Assembly: GCA_018672285.1 (NCBI GenBank) | Contig: JABHGC010000234.1 | Span: 1 to 54,880, forward strand | Origin: Methylococcales bacterium | GTDB taxonomy: Bacteria > Pseudomonadota > Gammaproteobacteria > JABHGC01 | Reading direction: 5' to 3' | Length of the DNA: 54,880 nucleotides | Shown: piece by piece, positions 51,068 to 54,880 of the stretch | Position numbering within the stretch: position 1 is the stretch's first letter | Layout: each line of letters begins with the position of its first letter | Notes under the pieces: model-generated | Database searches by the model: none | What the model was told of the DNA's origin: nothing | Seen by the model: the letters and a program-made list of their open reading frames with translations, nothing else | Program-made: the position numbers and the translations under genes

Positions 51068-53803
51068 TTAAGCAATTTGAAAAAAATCGACTGTGGCTTG
51101 CATCTCTTTTGCTTGAGAGACTGCAGATTCACTGGCAGCGGCCGTTTCTTCTGCAAGGGCTGCATTTTGCTGGGTAATTTCATCGAGTGTTGTTACCGAT
51201 GAGTTCACTTCCTGGATGCCCGCTGATTGTTCTTTGCTGGCATGAGTTATGCCAGAAACTAAGCTATTGACTGAGTTTATTCCCGTAACAATTTCTGCGA
51301 GCGTCTCTCCAGAGGCATTTACCAACAACGTACCGACCTTGGCTTTCTCAACGCTGTCCTTGATTAACTCTTTAATCTGTTTCGCAGCATTTGCACTGCG
51401 TAATGCTAGATTTCTCACTTCAGTTGCAACAACCGCAAAACCACGACCATGTTCACTGGCTCTGGCAGCTTCTACCGATGCATTGAGCGCCAGCAAATTA
51501 GTTTGAAAAGCAATTTCATCAATGACACCAATAATGTCAGAAATTTTAGTACTGCTCTCACTAATTTCAGACATCGCCTCAATGGCTTGACCTACAATAT
51601 CACGCCCTTTAAATGCCGTTGTACTGTTATTTGTACTGATTTCATTGGCATCTTGTGCATTATCGGCATTGGTTTTAACGGTAGATGTAAGCTCTTCCAT
51701 GCTGGCTGCAGTTTGTTCTAAGTTTGAAGCTTGGTTTTCCGTTCTCTGAGATAAAGTGGTATTGCCTTGCGAAATTTCATTACAGGAAGTCACAATATTA
51801 TTGCTGGCATGTTTGACTTGAGAAATGACCGTTGAAAGTTTGTCAGACATGTTATTAAGATCAATGGTAACGCGTTGAAACTCACCTTCTTGGTGTTGTT
51901 CTATATTACTTGATAAATCCCCATCGGCCATGTTTTGAACTTTTGCGCTGATGTCCTGGAATGTGGTACGTAATATTGATAAAGAAGCATTCATGTTTTC
52001 TTTTAATGTGTGGAGATCGCCCTTTAAATCCACCTCGACTTGTTGTTGCAGGTCACCATGGGTTACGGCATTCATCACGTCATTAATGGCAGAAAAAGAT
52101 TGTTGGATACTTTCTGATGTCTGGTTGATTCTTTCTTTGAGCGTTAAAAACTCGCCTTGGCAATCAGCACTGATACGGCGATCAAAGCAGCCATTTTCTT
52201 GTGCTTCAAGGACGTAATTAGTTTCGGAAAAGGTTGTTTGCAGGATGCTGACACTGTGATTGATGTTATTTTTTAAGGTAGCCATCTCGCCTTTAAGGGG
52301 TAAATCAACCGTTTCTGTAAAGCAGCCTTGGGTTATTTTTAGCATGACATGATTGACATTTGTCATGGTATTTCCAAGTGTTTTAGCCGTGCCATTAATG
52401 GAGGATTTTAATTCACCCAGCTGGCCATTGAGGTCACTATGAATGGTTTGAGAAAAATCACCTTCAGCAATTGCCTTCATCACGGAGTTGACATCACTTA
52501 CCGCTGTGCCAAGTTGGGTAACGGTAGTATTAATATTTGTTTTTAACTCACCAAGCTCGCCAGGCATAGTGCGTTGTATAGTGATATCAAAATCACCTTG
52601 ACTCAATGCTTGCATCACCCCAGAGACCTCTTGTATGACTTGGTTTGTTTGGGCCAGAGATTGGTTAATGCCATTTTTTAATTGGCCTAGATCACCGGAC
52701 ATTGAAGACGTTACCCGATGATTTAATTCGCCATCTGCAAAATCAGCCATGACACTGTTAATGTCTTTAATAGCAGAGGCTAAATTCTCAACAGACTGAT
52801 TGATGTTTTGTTGTAATCGTTTTAAATCCCCTTCCATTTCAGCGTCAACCCGTGCTGAAAAATCTCCTTGACTGACTTGTGCCATAACCCCTGAAATCGT
52901 ACCAATGGTTGTTGCCATTATATCTGCCGTATTATTCACATGGCATCTTAAATCGCCTAAGTCACCAGGTAATGACTTGTCCATTTTTTGATCAAATTCA
53001 CCTTGGGTAAAACCGCGTAAAACCGTTGAGGTTCCTTGGATGGCCTCTTGCAGACTGGTCATGAGTTGGTTAAAGCTATGCCCTGCAGAGGACACTTCAT
53101 CTTGTCCTTTGATATTGAGCCGATGATGAAATTGACCTTGGCGAGCAACCGTATCCATCATCTGTGTTAATAACGTCATCCTTGCGCTGAGTAAATGTGC
53201 AAAACGGTAGCTTAACAACATCATAATGATGATGAGAGAGGCGCCAATCAAAATAATGGTGCTTGAATTGGCATTTTTTTCGTTACTGACAGTGAGTGCA
53301 TTAGTCATTCTCTTGCTAACACTGACTAAAAAGCTTTCTATCGTTTCACTGATTGACGCGGCAGCTTCATCAAAATCGGCCATGAGCGCATTACCACCAG
53401 CAGGGCCTTGTGCAACGTATGCTTGTGCCATTTTAATGCCCACGGTGTAGTACTTTTCAAAAACGGGCAGCATGTCATCGTATTGTTGTTTGTGCTTAGG
53501 GTCTAACGCACTGAGTTCTGCGACTAATTGGCGAAACAGTTTGGCATTATTTTCTGCTTCATCAAATCCGTCGTTTAAGCCATCAAGCCCTCGAGTGGCA
53601 CTGATATCTGTTAACCATTGCTGAACTTGTACTGTGGCCAGTTTCAGCTGATGGGCTTTATTTAAGATTGGTACCTCAACTTGCTCCATCTTCTGGGCTT
53701 GAGTAATGATCGAACTGTTATTAAAATGCATCGCAATTGATTGAATTAAAGCAATAATGCCAATTGTGAGCGTGAGTAACATCAACTGGTTTTTTAACGT
53801 CAT
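51068..53803 (-). CDS. methyl-accepting chemotaxis protein with a poly-HAMP array
   Basis: Two TMs around a helical periplasmic sensor, about ten 45-aa HAMP-like units, and IAFQTNLLALNASVEAARA..GRGFAVVA. Start ATG 53803 follows an AGGT RBS. Confidence 0.93.
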   Translation of the reverse strand: MTLKNQLMLLTLTIGIIALIQSIAMHFNNSSIITQAQKMEQVEVPILNKAHQLKLATVQVQQWLTDISATRGLDGLNDGFDEAENNAKLFRQLVAELSALDPKHKQQYDDMLPVFEKYYTVGIKMAQAYVAQGPAGGNALMADFDEAAASISETIESFLVSVSKRMTNALTVSNEKNANSSTIILIGASLIIIMMLLSYRFAHLLSARMTLLTQMMDTVARQGQFHHRLNIKGQDEVSSAGHSFNQLMTSLQEAIQGTSTVLRGFTQGEFDQKMDKSLPGDLGDLRCHVNNTADIMATTIGTISGVMAQVSQGDFSARVDAEMEGDLKRLQQNINQSVENLASAIKDINSVMADFADGELNHRVTSSMSGDLGQLKNGINQSLAQTNQVIQEVSGVMQALSQGDFDITIQRTMPGELGELKTNINTTVTQLGTAVSDVNSVMKAIAEGDFSQTIHSDLNGQLGELKSSINGTAKTLGNTMTNVNHVMLKITQGCFTETVDLPLKGEMATLKNNINHSVSILQTTFSETNYVLEAQENGCFDRRISADCQGEFLTLKERINQTSESIQQSFSAINDVMNAVTHGDLQQQVEVDLKGDLHTLKENMNASLSILRTTFQDISAKVQNMADGDLSSNIEQHQEGEFQRVTIDLNNMSDKLSTVISQVKHASNNIVTSCNEISQGNTTLSQRTENQASNLEQTAASMEELTSTVKTNADNAQDANEISTNNSTTAFKGRDIVGQAIEAMSEISESSTKISDIIGVIDEIAFQTNLLALNASVEAARASEHGRGFAVVATEVRNLALRSANAAKQIKELIKDSVEKAKVGTLLVNASGETLAEIVTGINSVNSLVSGITHASKEQSAGIQEVNSSVTTLDEITQQNAALAEETAAASESAVSQAKEMQATVDFFQIA

Positions 53804-53917
53804 GAAATACCTACCTAACATATAAAGGTTGCTTAGCGTACATACATTATATATGCGGATTGACGCTTTTGTAGGGTGAGCACACATTTTCATGATGTTT
53901 ATTGGGTTGGGGCAGGC

Positions 53918-54325
53918 TTAGATTGGTGTTTGTGCCATTAGAAGGGCTACGATCAAGAGCAGCTGGGCTATAAATCCACCCGCAAAAGCGGCAACTCTAA
54001 AAAAAGGTATGCGTAGCGTAAATACAATCGCATGAGTAAGTCTTGCGAAAAAATATAGGATACAGGCAAAGCTGGTGGTTGTATTGCTCGTGCCTGATAA
54101 GTGGACAACAATCACTAATGGCGCAAAAATGACTAAATTTTCGACCGCGTTTGCGTGAGCCGCCATTAGCCTAGTTGCCCAGCCTACTTGGCTTTCGGTT
54201 TTACCATCAGGGTCGAGTAAAGCTGTATCAAACCCTTGCTCAATCAATCGGTTAACGATATAAGGTAGCCACAGAATGGCAGTAAGTAAAAGGGATAAAG
54301 TGAGCCAATAAAGTTCAGTTGTCAT
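53918..54325 (-). CDS. MAPEG family membrane protein
   Basis: R...AHANAVEN...FA, YF.AR..H; four hydrophobic segments. Confidence 0.85.
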   Translation of the reverse strand: MTTELYWLTLSLLLTAILWLPYIVNRLIEQGFDTALLDPDGKTESQVGWATRLMAAHANAVENLVIFAPLVIVVHLSGTSNTTTSFACILYFFARLTHAIVFTLRIPFFRVAAFAGGFIAQLLLIVALLMAQTPI

Positions 54326-54462
54326 AGTCGTCTCCAGTAGTGAAAATGCTTAGGTGAAGTGTAAATACTCCTCTTAGCTTTATCTATGACCAAAACGGCT
54401 AAATAGTATGCTGAAACGCCTTTATTGAGTGGGTAACATCGTAAATTTTTAGAGACTATTTA

Positions 54463-54742
54463 TTAATTTATGCTATACCAATACTGTAATACAGTTTTAT
54501 ATAAGCCTGTAATTAGCATAGCCATTTTTTCATAATCTAATGTTTGCCAAGTATCTGCTGACGTATGGTAGTGTTTGTTCCGATAAAAAGACGTATCTGT
54601 CACCATGATGGCAGGGTAGCCAAAAGCCCAATAATTTAAATGGTCTGAAAAATCAATGCCAGGCACAAGAGGGATAGCATTGATAGAATAAACGGGTAGA
54701 GGTGTTGCTTTTAATAAGCTGTTCTTTAAGTTTTTTGTTTCT
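54463..54742 (-). pseudogene. C-terminal fragment of an M28 family peptidase, truncated by IS30
   Basis: GIDFSDH...GYPAIMVTDTSFYRN..YHT..DT. The frame runs directly into the IS end, which supplies the apparent MNSG start. Confidence 0.8.
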
Positions 54743-54880
54743 CCTGAATTCAAGTCATAAGTGCATGACCGGTTAAATTTTCTTGTTTAATGCCAGTGAG
54801 CTCTTCAAAAGCCTCATAAGGTGTTTTGTAGCCTAAGCATTTTCTTGGCCGGCTATTTAATTTGTGAACTGCCGCGAACA
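54743..54880 (-). mobile_element. 3' end of an IS30-family element (second copy), cut by the contig edge
   Basis: The minus strand reads FAAVHKLNSRPRKCLGYKTPYE...MT*; identical to 1-116 over the shared length. Confidence 0.88.

Overview
A roughly 55 kb core chromosomal contig from a low-GC gammaproteobacterium, probably motile, and likely sulfur-storing given a sulfur-globule-like protein. Both ends are the 3' end of the same IS30-family element in inverted orientation, and the right copy truncates an M28 peptidase. The window carries mnmE-yidC-rnpA-rpmH / dnaA-dnaN-recF-gyrB, plsC-gmhB-glyQS, glnA-ntrBC, pyrD, trmL, rsd, pit, aroE, prlC, ubiD, mdh, MSHA minor pilins and a poly-HAMP chemoreceptor. 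The most striking structure is non-coding. (1) A well-formed oriC (AT-rich unwinding element with TTA/TAT trios, three perfect DnaA boxes, IHF-like site) lies at about 17.8-18.0 kb, roughly 12 kb downstream of dnaA, so dnaA-gyrB point towards it (head-on to the fork). (2) Five perfect parS palindromes lie within 2 kb, three of them in a 1.6 kb ORF-poor spacer between recF and gyrB. (3) A TATCAA-N6-TTGATA palindrome is shared by the sulfur-globule gene and an orphan XRE gene. Smaller observations are a yidD deletion scar, a reversed Pho-box array at pit, and sigma28 and sigma54 promoters. No rRNA, tRNA or CRISPR array was seen. All calls come from reading the sequence and recognising motifs; no searches were run.
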